A stretch of DNA of 64,000 nucleotides, from NCBI GenBank assembly GCA_046290225.1, contig JBKAGE010000082.1:128001-192000 (forward strand), read 5' to 3'. The notes below the pieces were generated by a model. The model was not told the origin of the DNA. It worked only from the letters and a program-made list of their open reading frames with translations, and made no database searches. This DNA comes from Bradymonadia bacterium (lineage in GTDB: Bacteria > Myxococcota_A > Bradymonadia > UBA7976 > UBA1532). The position numbers and the translations under genes are program-made. Every line of letters begins with the position of its first letter. The first letter of the stretch is position 1. Below are positions 51,044-61,431 of the stretch, one piece after another.

Positions 51044-53163
51044 ACTTTCTCTCGCCCCTGCTGCTCATCGGCCTCGCCGCAGCGTTGATCCCGCCGATCA
51101 TTCACCTGATCCACAAGCGCAAGCCCAAGCAGGTCTATTTTCCGGCCTTGGAGTTCATCCGGCAGTCTCAGAAGAAGACTTCACGGCGGTTCCGCATCAA
51201 GCAGCTGCTCTTGATGCTGGTGCGCAGCCTCTTGTTGGCGTTGCTGGCCTTCGCCCTGGCGCGGCCCTACTTCAGCCGGGACAACGACGCCCTCTCGGCC
51301 ACGGGCCAGGGGGGCGGCAGCACGGTGATTGTCGTCGACGCCTCCTACCCCATGGGCTACCTGCTCGAGGGGGAGAGCCTGCTGGACAAGGCCCGCTTCA
51401 AGAGCGGCCAGGTCCTCGACGCCCTCGGCAGCACCGGGCAGGCGAGCGTCATCATCGCCGGCGACTCGGTGGAGTCCCCCGTGGGCGAGGTCACCCACGA
51501 TCTGCAGGCGATCCGCAGGGCCCTTGACGACATAGAGCCGGGCCACGTGGCCAGCACGCTGAGCGAAGGGGTGAGCCGGGCCTATGATCTGCTCGAAGAG
51601 GCCCCCGCCACAGGTGGTCGTCGCGTGGTGGTCCTCACCACGGCCGCAGGGGCCGCCTCGGCGTTGCCGAAGCCTCCCCCCGCAGCCGGGGGATCTCCAG
51701 GCATCGAGCTGTTCCCCCTCGACGTGGCTGAAGGGGCCTCGACGCCGAACCGGGCCATCCTCGACGTGCAGGTCAGGCCTGCGCCAGAGCTCGGCGTGGG
51801 GCAATGGCGCGTCGACGCCCGGGTGGCCAACTTCAGCGATCAGGCGGTGGAGCGCTTGCCGATCCGCCTCGATCTGAATGGTCAGCCGGCGGTGCGGGGC
51901 TTTGTCTCATTGCCTCCAGGTGGGCAGAAGACCAAGACCTTCCACACCCGGGCCCTGCCCGACGCCGCGGCGAAGGCCGAGGTGGTCCTCGAAGCCGACA
52001 ACCTCGCCCTGGACGATCGGCGCCCCTTCTGGTTACAGACCGCGCCCCAGATCAGAGTGCTGGCGGTGAACGGTGATCCCCGGCCCACGCCCCATCGGGA
52101 CGAGCTGTTCTATCTCGAGAACGCCCTGAGCCCTGCGATGTCAGGGGGCACGCACATCCGGGTGACCACCGCCGCAGCTGACACCCTCGAGCGCTTCGAC
52201 TTCAACGAGTTCGACGTCGTGATTCTGGCGAACTTCGCCACCCCGACGCCGGAGCAGGCCCGAGATCTCGAGGCCTTCGTCCGCGGTGGCGGTGGGCTGC
52301 TGATCTCCATGGGTCAGAAGATCGAGCCCGAAGAGGCAAACGTCACCCTGGCCCGCTTGCTGCCCCGCAGCCTGCGCCGGGTACGTGTGGCCGGTGACGC
52401 CGCGGCGAGCGCTCAAGGAGGTGATCGCCGCCCAGCCAGGCTCACCACCTTCAACCGCGCCCACCCGGTGATGGCCAACCTGTCGGATCCGGCCACGTCG
52501 AGTCTGGGCCGGGCGAAGATCAGGCGCTACATGCTGCTCGACCCGTCACCAGACGCCGGGGGCGAGGTGGTCATGGCCCTCGACGACGGGGCGCCGTTCC
52601 TGCTGACCAAGGTGCTCGAACGCGGCCGTGTGGCGCTGCTCACCGGGAGCATCGATCGCGACTGGGGCGACTTGCCCATTCGCCCCGACTTCCTGCCCCT
52701 CGTACAACAGCTCGTGCGGCATCTGACCCGCATCTCCGAGGTAGACGTGTCCCCCATGCTCGTGGGGCAGGCTGCGGTGATGCCTGCAGAAGACGGCCGT
52801 ATTCGCCGGGTGAAGATCGTGACGCCGAAGGGCGCCGTGCACACGCTGGATCGCCCACGGGACGAGGCTGAGCCCTGGGCCTTCGAACACACCGAGGTGC
52901 CGGGTCACTATCAGGTGCAGCCCGATCCTCCGTTGCCAGAGCTGTCCACGCTGCCGGGCTTCTCGGTGGCTGTCGACGCTGCAGCCGCAGATCTGCGGGG
53001 CCCCAAGACGAGCAAATCACTTGAGGTCCAGCGCAGTGAGGCAGAGAAGGTGACCTCTTCGGCCCGCACCGAGCTGTGGCACGCCGCCCTTGGCTTCTTG
53101 TTCCTGATGCTCGCCGCAGAGACGGGGCTTCTCTTCAGAAAGCGCCGCCACATCGAGGTCTGA
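51040..53163 (+). CDS. BatA/VWA domain membrane protein
   Basis: MNFLSP..L.GL...PP.IHL, FP.L.F, LA.ARP (BatA); DAS..M (degenerate MIDAS); C-terminal TM. Confidence 0.88.
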   Translation: MNFLSPLLLIGLAAALIPPIIHLIHKRKPKQVYFPALEFIRQSQKKTSRRFRIKQLLLMLVRSLLLALLAFALARPYFSRDNDALSATGQGGGSTVIVVDASYPMGYLLEGESLLDKARFKSGQVLDALGSTGQASVIIAGDSVESPVGEVTHDLQAIRRALDDIEPGHVASTLSEGVSRAYDLLEEAPATGGRRVVVLTTAAGAASALPKPPPAAGGSPGIELFPLDVAEGASTPNRAILDVQVRPAPELGVGQWRVDARVANFSDQAVERLPIRLDLNGQPAVRGFVSLPPGGQKTKTFHTRALPDAAAKAEVVLEADNLALDDRRPFWLQTAPQIRVLAVNGDPRPTPHRDELFYLENALSPAMSGGTHIRVTTAAADTLERFDFNEFDVVILANFATPTPEQARDLEAFVRGGGGLLISMGQKIEPEEANVTLARLLPRSLRRVRVAGDAAASAQGGDRRPARLTTFNRAHPVMANLSDPATSSLGRAKIRRYMLLDPSPDAGGEVVMALDDGAPFLLTKVLERGRVALLTGSIDRDWGDLPIRPDFLPLVQQLVRHLTRISEVDVSPMLVGQAAVMPAEDGRIRRVKIVTPKGAVHTLDRPRDEAEPWAFEHTEVPGHYQVQPDPPLPELSTLPGFSVAVDAAAADLRGPKTSKSLEVQRSEAEKVTSSARTELWHAALGFLFLMLAAETGLLFRKRRHIEV

Positions 53164-53187
53164 TCGCGTTGCCCCGCTGGGGCAGAC

Positions 53188-53676
53188 TCAGCGTCGACCC
53201 CACAGAGCCATCCACCACCCACGCACAACCTGCCAGAGCGTACGCTGAGGGCGCTTCAGCTCGATGATCTGCTCTGTGGGCAGGTGGTTGCTGCTGTTGC
53301 GGTTCTTGCGCACGAGGACCTCTGCAGGGACCGGCGTGCTCGATCGGATGACGGGCAGCGGGGGCAAGGTGATGCCCGATGGCAGGCCCTCGATGAGGGT
53401 GGAGGCTTCCGCCTCGGCGAAGAGCGGATCGTCTTCTTCGAGATCGGTCAGCTCCTGGGGGCCGAAGAGATCGATGGTCTGCCCGGTCGGCGCATCGAGG
53501 GCCCAGTCGTGGGCAACCGAGACGGCTTCGTGGGCCGGGCCCAGCGTGTTGGACTCGAGCAGCACCGCCGGCGGCCACCAGCTCCCGGTCTGATCGGGAT
53601 CTTGCGGGACCACCCGTGGGGGGATGGCTTCTGCCTCGAAGAGTCGAGGTGTTTCGGGCAGTTCCAGGGCAGCCAT
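53188..53676 (-). CDS. Hypothetical protein
   Basis: GAGG RBS; fills an otherwise empty gap; no motif recognised. Confidence 0.5.
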   Translation of the reverse strand: MAALELPETPRLFEAEAIPPRVVPQDPDQTGSWWPPAVLLESNTLGPAHEAVSVAHDWALDAPTGQTIDLFGPQELTDLEEDDPLFAEAEASTLIEGLPSGITLPPLPVIRSSTPVPAEVLVRKNRNSSNHLPTEQIIELKRPQRTLWQVVRGWWMALWGRR

Positions 53677-53907
53677 GTCACCTCACGCGATGGGATCATG
53701 ATGGGCCATCAGGATGTGCCCAGATGGGCTTTTAAGCAAAAAAACGAGAAAAAACAGGGCCTGCGAGCCATTTACCTCACCTGCTACACCAGATGTGACC
53801 GCCATGCCATGAGGTGAATCTGGTGCCTGTTCACATATGCATGTGCTCGAGTCCGTACCCGTGTCTCACCTGATGCCCTCGACACACCGAAAAAAGAAGG
53901 TGGAGGT

Positions 53908-55173
53908 TTGCCACGACAGATGGGCATTGGCGTACACCATTCTAGGGCCCCCGAGGGCCTCGACGACCCGCTTCAGCCAGGGTGTGTCCTGGGCGGTCGA
54001 TACCGACTCGGCTCACCCCTCGGCCGAGGCGCCATGGGCGCCGTGTACCTTGGGGAACAAGAGCCTACGGGGCGCCCGGTGGCGGTGAAGGTGTTGCAGC
54101 CCGAACCCGAAATTCAGCGCCGATTCTCGCCCAAGCGCTTGCAGAAATTCTTCTTCCACGAGGCCCATCAGCTCGCCCGCTTCAGCCACCCCTCGGTGGT
54201 GACGCTGCTCGACTATGACGTCGACGCGAACGGCACAGCCTTCATCGTGATGGAGCATTTACAGGGAGAGACCCTCAAAGACCGGCTGAAGTCACTGAGC
54301 CCTCGGGATCTCGCCCATGTCTGTGTTCAGCTGCTCGACGGGCTGCATGCCGCACATCAGGCAGGTCTGGTGCACCGGGACGTCAAGCCAGGCAACATCA
54401 TCGTCCTCGACGCCCACGACGTCGACGGCCGCCCCCGAGCCAAACTGCTCGACTTCGGCATCGCCAGCAGCATCGGCGTCCGCACGAGTGTGGAAGACAT
54501 GATGGGCACACCCCGCTACATGGCGCCGGAGATGGGCCTCACTGACCAGCCGATCTCGCCCCTCGCCGATCTCTACAGCATCGGGGTGATCTTGTACGAA
54601 GGCCTCTGCGGCCGCGTGCCCTTCAACCACCCCAACATGCAGATGATGATCGACATGGTCTGCAACCAGACCCCACCGCCTCTGCCCTATCGCGGTGATC
54701 TCCCCACGGAAATGTACGAAGTGGTGGGTCGGGCCCTGGCCAAATCGCCCGAGGATCGGTTCGCTGACGCCCACGAGATGGCGCAGGCCCTCAGAGAGAT
54801 GATCTGGCCCGACTTCGGCCAGGCTGCACTCAAAGAGGTGTTTCAGGCCACCTTGGAGATCAGTGACGATGATGCCCTCGACGAGACCCTCGCCAATGTG
54901 CCTCTCAAAGCGCCACCATTTGCCGAGCCGGAGGGCAGATCAGGAGTGGGCGCGTTGATGCAGCGTTTGAGCGTACAGCTCACGCCACTCACGCCCTCTG
55001 CCCCAAGAGGTGCAGAGTTGCTGACTGAGGTCAGAGGACGAGGGGTTCGAGAAGGCACGGCAGAGTCGACGCTCTATCAACTGGCCCCCTGGCTCATCAC
55101 CCTCGCAGGGTTTGCGATCCTCGCAGGGTGCTGGCGGTGGATCTCGCCAGTGGTGGAGGCGCTGGGGCTGTGA
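53908..55173 (+). CDS. Hanks-type Ser/Thr protein kinase with C-terminal TM
   Basis: LGRGAMGAVY, VAVK, HRDVKPGN, DFGIA, GTPRYMAPE, DLYSIG. Confidence 0.95.
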   Translation: MPRQMGIGVHHSRAPEGLDDPLQPGCVLGGRYRLGSPLGRGAMGAVYLGEQEPTGRPVAVKVLQPEPEIQRRFSPKRLQKFFFHEAHQLARFSHPSVVTLLDYDVDANGTAFIVMEHLQGETLKDRLKSLSPRDLAHVCVQLLDGLHAAHQAGLVHRDVKPGNIIVLDAHDVDGRPRAKLLDFGIASSIGVRTSVEDMMGTPRYMAPEMGLTDQPISPLADLYSIGVILYEGLCGRVPFNHPNMQMMIDMVCNQTPPPLPYRGDLPTEMYEVVGRALAKSPEDRFADAHEMAQALREMIWPDFGQAALKEVFQATLEISDDDALDETLANVPLKAPPFAEPEGRSGVGALMQRLSVQLTPLTPSAPRGAELLTEVRGRGVREGTAESTLYQLAPWLITLAGFAILAGCWRWISPVVEALGL

Positions 55174-55195
55174 CTCGACTCGCACTGAGCGCCCA

Positions 55196-56710
55196 TCAAT
55201 CGGGGAAGGCGAAGCCCACGGTGAAGGTCCACGCATCAGAGGTGTTCACCGAGACGAGCTCACCTCTGTATTCCACCGTGAGGGCGAGCCAGTCGATGTA
55301 GGTCGAGTTACGGACGTAATAACCACCCAAGGCAAAGAACACACCGCCATCAGGGTGGCTCTCTGCGAAGTAGACTGAGCCGCCGCCGTGCAGGCCGAGT
55401 GCGGGGTTGAGCAGCGAGAGCGACTCTCCGTCGTACTCAGGCCAGCTGAAGAGAGACCAGCCCACGTCGATTTGCATGTCGAAGGGCGACACCGGGCTCC
55501 AACCGTCCATACCCAGGGCATAGATGAACGAGTGGCCCAGGGTGAAGTGCCCCCAGTGCCAGAAAGCGCGGATGCCGTGGGTGGCCAGCGTGCGCCCGTT
55601 CAAGTTGTCGTCGGTGACCAGCTTGTACTGGCTGCGAGAGAGGCCGATCTCCCACGAGGGGCGGCCGCTCGGGGGGGTGTAGCGCGTGCCGTAGCCCACC
55701 CGCTTCCCGGAGAACGTCGTGCGGCCGAACCCTTCGCACTCGTTGTTCAGCGCTTCGAGGTTCTTGCAGTCCACATTGTACTGGTTGATGGCCTTCTCCC
55801 ACGGGCCATAAGACTCTTTGAACTCCGCCCTGAGCTCTGCCTTCTTCGCCTGGGACAACGTCGAGTTGCCCAGCTTCATCAGCCGGGCGAGCTTCTGCTT
55901 GTCGGCGTTGTAGCGCGAGGTCACCGACTGTATCTGAGCACACCGACGGGCGATGGACTTCGCCACCCCCTTCCAGTGTTTGGCTCGGCGCTCGGCCTCA
56001 GCCTCGATCTCGTCGCTCACCCCAGAATGCTCGACGAGGTCCTGCCACGCAGCCGCCTTCTCGCACACCGACTTTTTCTTGGAACGCTCTACCTGGGTTG
56101 CCGCCTCGTACTTCTCCAGCATGCCGACGTCGAGGTCGGCCAGGCTGCCGAGCTGCGGAGCCGACCCCGTCACCAGAGGGCCATCTTCGATTTGCTCCAG
56201 TACCGGCAGGTCAGCGCCGAAGGTCCGCGCAGCTCTCCGCCTGCCAGGGTGCCCGATGGGCTTCATCAAACGCCCTGCGGCAGCTTGCACCACGCCTTCT
56301 AGAGCTTTTACGTTCCCTGCGGTGCCCTTCTCCGAAGCCATCAGGCCGCCGGAGTTGGTGTCGTACAGGCGCATCGAGATTTTGATGTCTCCGCCCAGCT
56401 CCAGAAATTCCCCGATGATGAGGTAGTCGGCGCCGATGTTGCGGCCCGTCTCGACCTCGCAGTCGCCCTCGCAGCTGGCGAGGTCGACGCCCGGGGGCAG
56501 CATCTCGAGGATGTTCTCCTTGGTCATGATGAGGAACTTGCTCTGGGGCAGCTTCACCGCCTCGCCCCGGACCACGTCCACCATGTAGGACACCTCTTTG
56601 GGCTTCAGGCCCGCGCCGTTGGAAAACTCCAGTACCGCCAGCTTCTTCTTTGCTTCTGCAGCACTCGTGAGGCCCAACACGAGGGCCACAACCCACAACA
56701 ATGCTCTCAT
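55196..56710 (-). CDS. Secreted protein with CsgG/TolB-N-like N-terminal domain and beta-rich C-terminus
   Basis: Signal peptide (AEA); LAVLEF, C.G.CEVETGRNIGAD....G. Confidence 0.65.
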   Translation of the reverse strand: MRALLWVVALVLGLTSAAEAKKKLAVLEFSNGAGLKPKEVSYMVDVVRGEAVKLPQSKFLIMTKENILEMLPPGVDLASCEGDCEVETGRNIGADYLIIGEFLELGGDIKISMRLYDTNSGGLMASEKGTAGNVKALEGVVQAAAGRLMKPIGHPGRRRAARTFGADLPVLEQIEDGPLVTGSAPQLGSLADLDVGMLEKYEAATQVERSKKKSVCEKAAAWQDLVEHSGVSDEIEAEAERRAKHWKGVAKSIARRCAQIQSVTSRYNADKQKLARLMKLGNSTLSQAKKAELRAEFKESYGPWEKAINQYNVDCKNLEALNNECEGFGRTTFSGKRVGYGTRYTPPSGRPSWEIGLSRSQYKLVTDDNLNGRTLATHGIRAFWHWGHFTLGHSFIYALGMDGWSPVSPFDMQIDVGWSLFSWPEYDGESLSLLNPALGLHGGGSVYFAESHPDGGVFFALGGYYVRNSTYIDWLALTVEYRGELVSVNTSDAWTFTVGFAFPD

Positions 56711-56813
56711 CTGCACGTCCTGTCGGGCGGTTCTCCGCCACATCACATCTGGCCCGGCGATACGCGCCGGGCCAGTGGCCGAACTTCTGGGGCTATGGTA
56801 ACAGCCACGGGAT

Positions 56814-59645
56814 ATGGCACACGATCCCTCTCCACATCTACTCACTTTGTGGATCAACGGTGAGCGTAGACACCTCGCCGTCCCGCCACACCGTACGCTC
56901 CTCGAAGCGCTGCGCATCGATCTGCAGCTCACAGGCACGAAGCAGGGGTGCGACAAAGGCGACTGTGGCGCATGCACGGTGCTCGTGGAGGGTGAACCGA
57001 TCATCGCGTGCTGCACCCTGGCCGCTCAAATGCGCCCGGAAGCGCACATCACCACCATCGAAGGTCTCAGCGGTGCAGGTGGCGCCCTTGATCCGGTGCA
57101 AGAAGCCTTTGATCGGACCGGGGCGCTGCAGTGCGGGTTCTGCCAGCCGGCGATGATGCTGAGCGCTCGAGCGCTCCTCGCTCGGAACCCACGCCCAACC
57201 CGGGGCCAAATCACCGAGGCTCTGTCGGGCAACCTCTGCAGGTGCACGGGATACGTACACATTTTCGACGCCGTGGAGCTCGCCGCCGCCATCGCCCGCG
57301 GTGAGGATCCGGGGCATCATCCTGAGGGCACACACGGCGACGCAGTCCTCGGCGGCCGTCATCGCAAACAGGACGGCCACCTCAAAGCCACGGGGGCGAC
57401 GCAGTACACAGACGACCTGGTGCGCCCTCGCATGTTGCACGGCGCGATGCTGCGCAGCCCGCACGCCCATGCCCGCATCGTGTCCATCGATACCACCCGT
57501 GCGCTGGCGCTGCCCGGTGTGCACGCCGTGGTCACTGGCGTCGATCTGCCCACTCGATATGGGGTGATCCCCTGGACTCAGGACGAGACCGCCCTGGCGG
57601 TAGAACGCGTCCGTTTCGTCGGCGAGGAGGTGGCCGCAGTCGCCGCCACAGACGAGGCCACGGCGAGAGCGGCTCTCGATCTCATCAAGGTGGAGTACGA
57701 AGTCCTCCCGGCGGTCTTCGAGCCAGAAGACGCCCTCGCCCCTGATGCGCCCTTGCTGTTCCCCGAGCGCCCCAAGGGCAACGTGAGCAAGCGCGTGGCG
57801 TTGTCTTTCGGCGACGTCGACGGCGCCCTCGACGATGCCCATGTGCGCCTCGAAGGCACCTACGCGTTCCATGGCACCGCCCACGTGCCCATCGAGCCTC
57901 ACTGCGTGCTCGCCGAGGTGGACGCCAGGGGGTTGCTGACGGTGCACGCCAGCACACAGATCCCCCACTATCTGCACCGCACGCTGGCCCGGGTGCTCGA
58001 TCGCTCTGCAGATCGCATCCGAGTGATCCAGCCTGCGCTCGGTGGCGCCTTCGGGGGCAAATCAGATCCCTTCGGCCACGAGATCGCCGCGGCCTGGCTC
58101 GCTCTGAAGACCGGGCGGCCCGTGAAGATCCTGCTCACTCGGGAAGAGACCTTCTACACACACCGTGGGCGGCACCCGATGCACATGCAGATGGCCCTCG
58201 CCGCCGACGATGCCGGACGACTGACCGCCCTCGACAGCCAGATTCTGCTCAACGGTGGTGCCTACTCAAGCTTCGGGCTGGTGACGGCCTACTACGCCGG
58301 CCAGCTGCTCACGGCCCCCACGGGCTTCGAGCGCTATCGATTCGAGGCCACCCGAGCCTTCACCAACATGCCTCCGTGCGGCCCCAAACGGGGCCACGGC
58401 TCGGTGCAGCCACGCTTTGCCTTCGAGATCCTGCTCGATCAGATGGCCGAGGCCCTCGATCTCGATCCCATCGAGCTGCGCCGCCGCAACGACGTGGGCC
58501 CCGAATGCACGACGGTGAACGGCCAACGCATCACCAGCAACGGGTTCCTCGAATGCCTCGATGTGGTGGAGCGGGAGAGTGGCTGGGCACAGCGCCGGGG
58601 CAAGCTCCCTCACGGCAGGGGCCTCGGGGTGGCGGGGAGCATGTACATCAGCGGCACGGCCTACCCGGTGTACCCCAACGACATGCCCCAGTCCGGCGTA
58701 CAGATCAGGCTCGACCGCAGCGGCAGGGCCCACGTGATGTGCGGCGCCAGCGACATCGGCCAGGGCAGCGACACCATGCTGGCCCTCGTGGCCGCCGAAG
58801 AGCTCGGCCTTGAGCCCGAGTCTATCCAGGTGACCACCGGCGACACCGATCTGGCCCCGGTGGATCTCGGCGCCTACTCGAGCCGGGTGACCTTCATGGC
58901 GGGCCTCGCGTGTCAGCGGGCCGCACGCCAGCTGGGCACCTGGGTGCGAGAGGCCGTCGCGGCGAAGCTCCAGCTGCCCTCGAGCGCCGTGGTCGGTGCC
59001 GGCGGCCGATGGTTCTGGACAGAAGATCCTCAAGTGGGCATGTCCTGCGCCGAGGCCTTTATCCTCGCTGAGGGCGCATACGGCACGCTTGGCGCCACCG
59101 GTGGATACGACACCGATCACACCCTCGGCGGGCCATACCGGGGCGGTGCCATCGGGGCGAGCCCTGCCTACAGCTTCACCGCCCACGTCGCCGAGGTGGA
59201 GGTCGACTCCGAGACGGGGCAGATCCACGTGCACAAGATTTGGGCGGCACACGATTGCGGCCGAGCCCTCAACCCCACCCTCGTCGAGGGGCAAATCATC
59301 GGCAGCGTCTACATGGGATGGGCCGAGGCGGTCATGGAGCACCAGCAGGTGTACCCAACGCTAGGCCCACAGCAGGGTCTGCACCGAGGCCCCAACCTGC
59401 TCGACTATCCGCTGCCCACGACGATGGAGATCCCGGAGATCGAGGCCTTCATCGTAGAAAGCATCGATCCAAACGGGCCCTATGGCGCCAAGGAAGCAGG
59501 CGAAGGCCCGCTGCACCCCGTACTCCCTGCCATCGCCAACGCGATCTACGATGCCATCGGGGTACGGCTCACCGAGTTGCCCTTCACCCCCGACCGGGTG
59601 CTGGCGGCCATCGAGGCGCAACGGCAACCGAAGGAGAGCAGCTGA
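56814..59645 (+). CDS. Xanthine-oxidase-family molybdoenzyme with fused 2Fe-2S and Mo subunits, 4-hydroxybenzoyl-CoA reductase gamma+alpha-like
   Basis: GTKQGCDKGDCGAC, QCGFC, CRCTGY; GGAFGGK, RGHG, DIGQGS, YSSRVT, GAKEAGEG. Confidence 0.85.
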   Translation: MAHDPSPHLLTLWINGERRHLAVPPHRTLLEALRIDLQLTGTKQGCDKGDCGACTVLVEGEPIIACCTLAAQMRPEAHITTIEGLSGAGGALDPVQEAFDRTGALQCGFCQPAMMLSARALLARNPRPTRGQITEALSGNLCRCTGYVHIFDAVELAAAIARGEDPGHHPEGTHGDAVLGGRHRKQDGHLKATGATQYTDDLVRPRMLHGAMLRSPHAHARIVSIDTTRALALPGVHAVVTGVDLPTRYGVIPWTQDETALAVERVRFVGEEVAAVAATDEATARAALDLIKVEYEVLPAVFEPEDALAPDAPLLFPERPKGNVSKRVALSFGDVDGALDDAHVRLEGTYAFHGTAHVPIEPHCVLAEVDARGLLTVHASTQIPHYLHRTLARVLDRSADRIRVIQPALGGAFGGKSDPFGHEIAAAWLALKTGRPVKILLTREETFYTHRGRHPMHMQMALAADDAGRLTALDSQILLNGGAYSSFGLVTAYYAGQLLTAPTGFERYRFEATRAFTNMPPCGPKRGHGSVQPRFAFEILLDQMAEALDLDPIELRRRNDVGPECTTVNGQRITSNGFLECLDVVERESGWAQRRGKLPHGRGLGVAGSMYISGTAYPVYPNDMPQSGVQIRLDRSGRAHVMCGASDIGQGSDTMLALVAAEELGLEPESIQVTTGDTDLAPVDLGAYSSRVTFMAGLACQRAARQLGTWVREAVAAKLQLPSSAVVGAGGRWFWTEDPQVGMSCAEAFILAEGAYGTLGATGGYDTDHTLGGPYRGGAIGASPAYSFTAHVAEVEVDSETGQIHVHKIWAAHDCGRALNPTLVEGQIIGSVYMGWAEAVMEHQQVYPTLGPQQGLHRGPNLLDYPLPTTMEIPEIEAFIVESIDPNGPYGAKEAGEGPLHPVLPAIANAIYDAIGVRLTELPFTPDRVLAAIEAQRQPKESS

Positions 59646-60640
59646 TGTTGCCGCTGCCTCCATTCGAGCTGCATCACCCCACGACTGTGGAAGAGGCAGT
59701 GGCCCTGCTTGCCCGTTATGGCGGCGCCGCTCGGGTGATCGCCGGAGGCACTGATCTGCTGCCCAACCTCAAGCACGGGCTCTATGACGTCGAAGCCCTC
59801 GTCAGCTTGAGCGCCATCGAAGGCCTCGACAGGATCACCTTCGACGCCGACGTTATCACCCTCGGGCCACAGCGCACGCTGCACGCCATCGCGACGGATC
59901 ACGCCCTCGAAGCGATCTTGCCGGCCTTGACCACCGCCGCATCTCAAATCGCCGGTCCTCAGCTGCGCCGCATGGGCACCCTCGGCGGCAACCTGTGCCT
60001 CGACACCCGCTGCGTCTACATCAACCAGAGCCACGCCTGGCGCAGCGCGCTGGGGTTCTGCATCAAGAAAGACGGCGATCACTGCCACGTCACCGGCACC
60101 GGCACGAAATGCGTCGCCGCGGCGAGCAATGACACCGCCCCGGTGTTGTGGACTCTCGGCGCCACGGTTCAACTCACCGGCCCCAGCGGCGTGCGCTCGA
60201 TGCCCCTCGCCGACTTCTACGTCGCCGATGGGGTCAAGAACACAGTGCTCGCCCCCGACGAGCTGCTCACGGGCATCACCGTGCCGCGGCCCGGGCCCCA
60301 CCGTCGACAAGCCTTCGAGAAATTGCGTACACGGCAAGCCATCGACTTCCCCCTGCTCGACCTGGCCCTGACATTCGATCTCGTCGAGGATCAACTTTCG
60401 GCCCCGCAGATGGTGGTGAGCGCCGTCGCCGCGCGGCCCAGAGCGATCAAGGGGCTGCCCGAAGGCCCCCTCGATGACGCGCTCGTCGAGGCCTTCGCTC
60501 AGCGCGCCTTCGACTCAGTCCGGCCCCTCACCAGCCTCAATGGTGATCCAGAGTGGCGTCGACAGATGGTCAAGATCCTCGTGAGACGCGCTTCTGAGCA
60601 GGCAACGCGGCGGCCTCGATCTGTGCCTGAGTCCGCTTGA
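59645..60640 (+). CDS. hcrB: FAD subunit with 4Fe-4S insertion, HcrB-like
   Basis: AGGTDL.PN.K, TLGGNLCLDTRC.Y.NQS..WR....FC.K..GD.CHV......C; TGATG coupling. Confidence 0.8.
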   Translation: MLPLPPFELHHPTTVEEAVALLARYGGAARVIAGGTDLLPNLKHGLYDVEALVSLSAIEGLDRITFDADVITLGPQRTLHAIATDHALEAILPALTTAASQIAGPQLRRMGTLGGNLCLDTRCVYINQSHAWRSALGFCIKKDGDHCHVTGTGTKCVAAASNDTAPVLWTLGATVQLTGPSGVRSMPLADFYVADGVKNTVLAPDELLTGITVPRPGPHRRQAFEKLRTRQAIDFPLLDLALTFDLVEDQLSAPQMVVSAVAARPRAIKGLPEGPLDDALVEAFAQRAFDSVRPLTSLNGDPEWRRQMVKILVRRASEQATRRPRSVPESA

Positions 60641-61292
60641 ACGCGAGGGTGATGCCGTCGCCCACAGGCACCAGGCTCAGGCTCACCCGCTCGTCGCCGT
60701 GCACGTGGGCGTTGAACGATCTGATGGCCTCTGTCGACGGGTTGTTGTTCTCCGGATCGATCACCGAGCCCCCCCACAACACATTGTCGACGGCGATGAC
60801 GCCCCCCGGGCGCAGCAAGGTGAGGCAACGCTCGTAGTAAGCGGTGTAGTTCACCTTGTCGGCGTCAATGAAGGCGAGATCGAAGGCCTCGGACTCACCT
60901 TCGGCGATGAGGCGGTCGAGGGTCTCCAGCGCTGGGGCGATCTCCAGCTGCACCCGCTCCCCCACCCCCGCGGCGTCCCAGTATTTACGGCCGATGGCCG
61001 TGGTGTCGGCGTCGACGTCGCAGGCGATGAGACGACCATCTGCGGGCATCGCCCAGGCCATGGCGAGGGCGCTGTAGCCCGTAAAGGTGCCCACCTCGAT
61101 GATCTGGCGAGCCCCGAGCACCTGCACGAGCAGCCCCAGGAAGGCTCCAGCCTCGGGCGAGACCTGCATACCCGAGAAGCGCATGGGCTCGGTCTCTGCC
61201 CTCAGTTTGGCGAAGATCTCGGGCTCTCTCACAGAGACATCGACGAGGTAATCGCGCAGAGCATCGGACATGGTGTGGGTGCGGTTGGACAC
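60570..61292 (-). CDS. Class I SAM-dependent O-methyltransferase (CCoAOMT-like)
   Basis: MQVSPE.G, EVGTFTGYS, FIDADK.NY, DNVLW.G, VGDG. Confidence 0.92.
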   Translation of the reverse strand: MSNRTHTMSDALRDYLVDVSVREPEIFAKLRAETEPMRFSGMQVSPEAGAFLGLLVQVLGARQIIEVGTFTGYSALAMAWAMPADGRLIACDVDADTTAIGRKYWDAAGVGERVQLEIAPALETLDRLIAEGESEAFDLAFIDADKVNYTAYYERCLTLLRPGGVIAVDNVLWGGSVIDPENNNPSTEAIRSFNAHVHGDERVSLSLVPVGDGITLAFKRTQAQIEAAALPAQKRVSRGS

Positions 61293-61431
61293 GGCTATCG
61301 CCCTTGATTGTGATGTATCTAGACCCCTGAAGGGGTTGGGCCGTTATGGTACCCTGCTTCACCCCAGGGAATGAATCACCTGCTGATGCGTCCCCTGGAT
61401 CTGGTTCACGATCGCATCGACGGAGAGACCC

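Noticed and set aside
53677..53907. A-tracts and short CACC/GGTG inverted matches between the hypothetical gene and the kinase
   Set aside because: Short and irregular; consistent with an ordinary divergent promoter region
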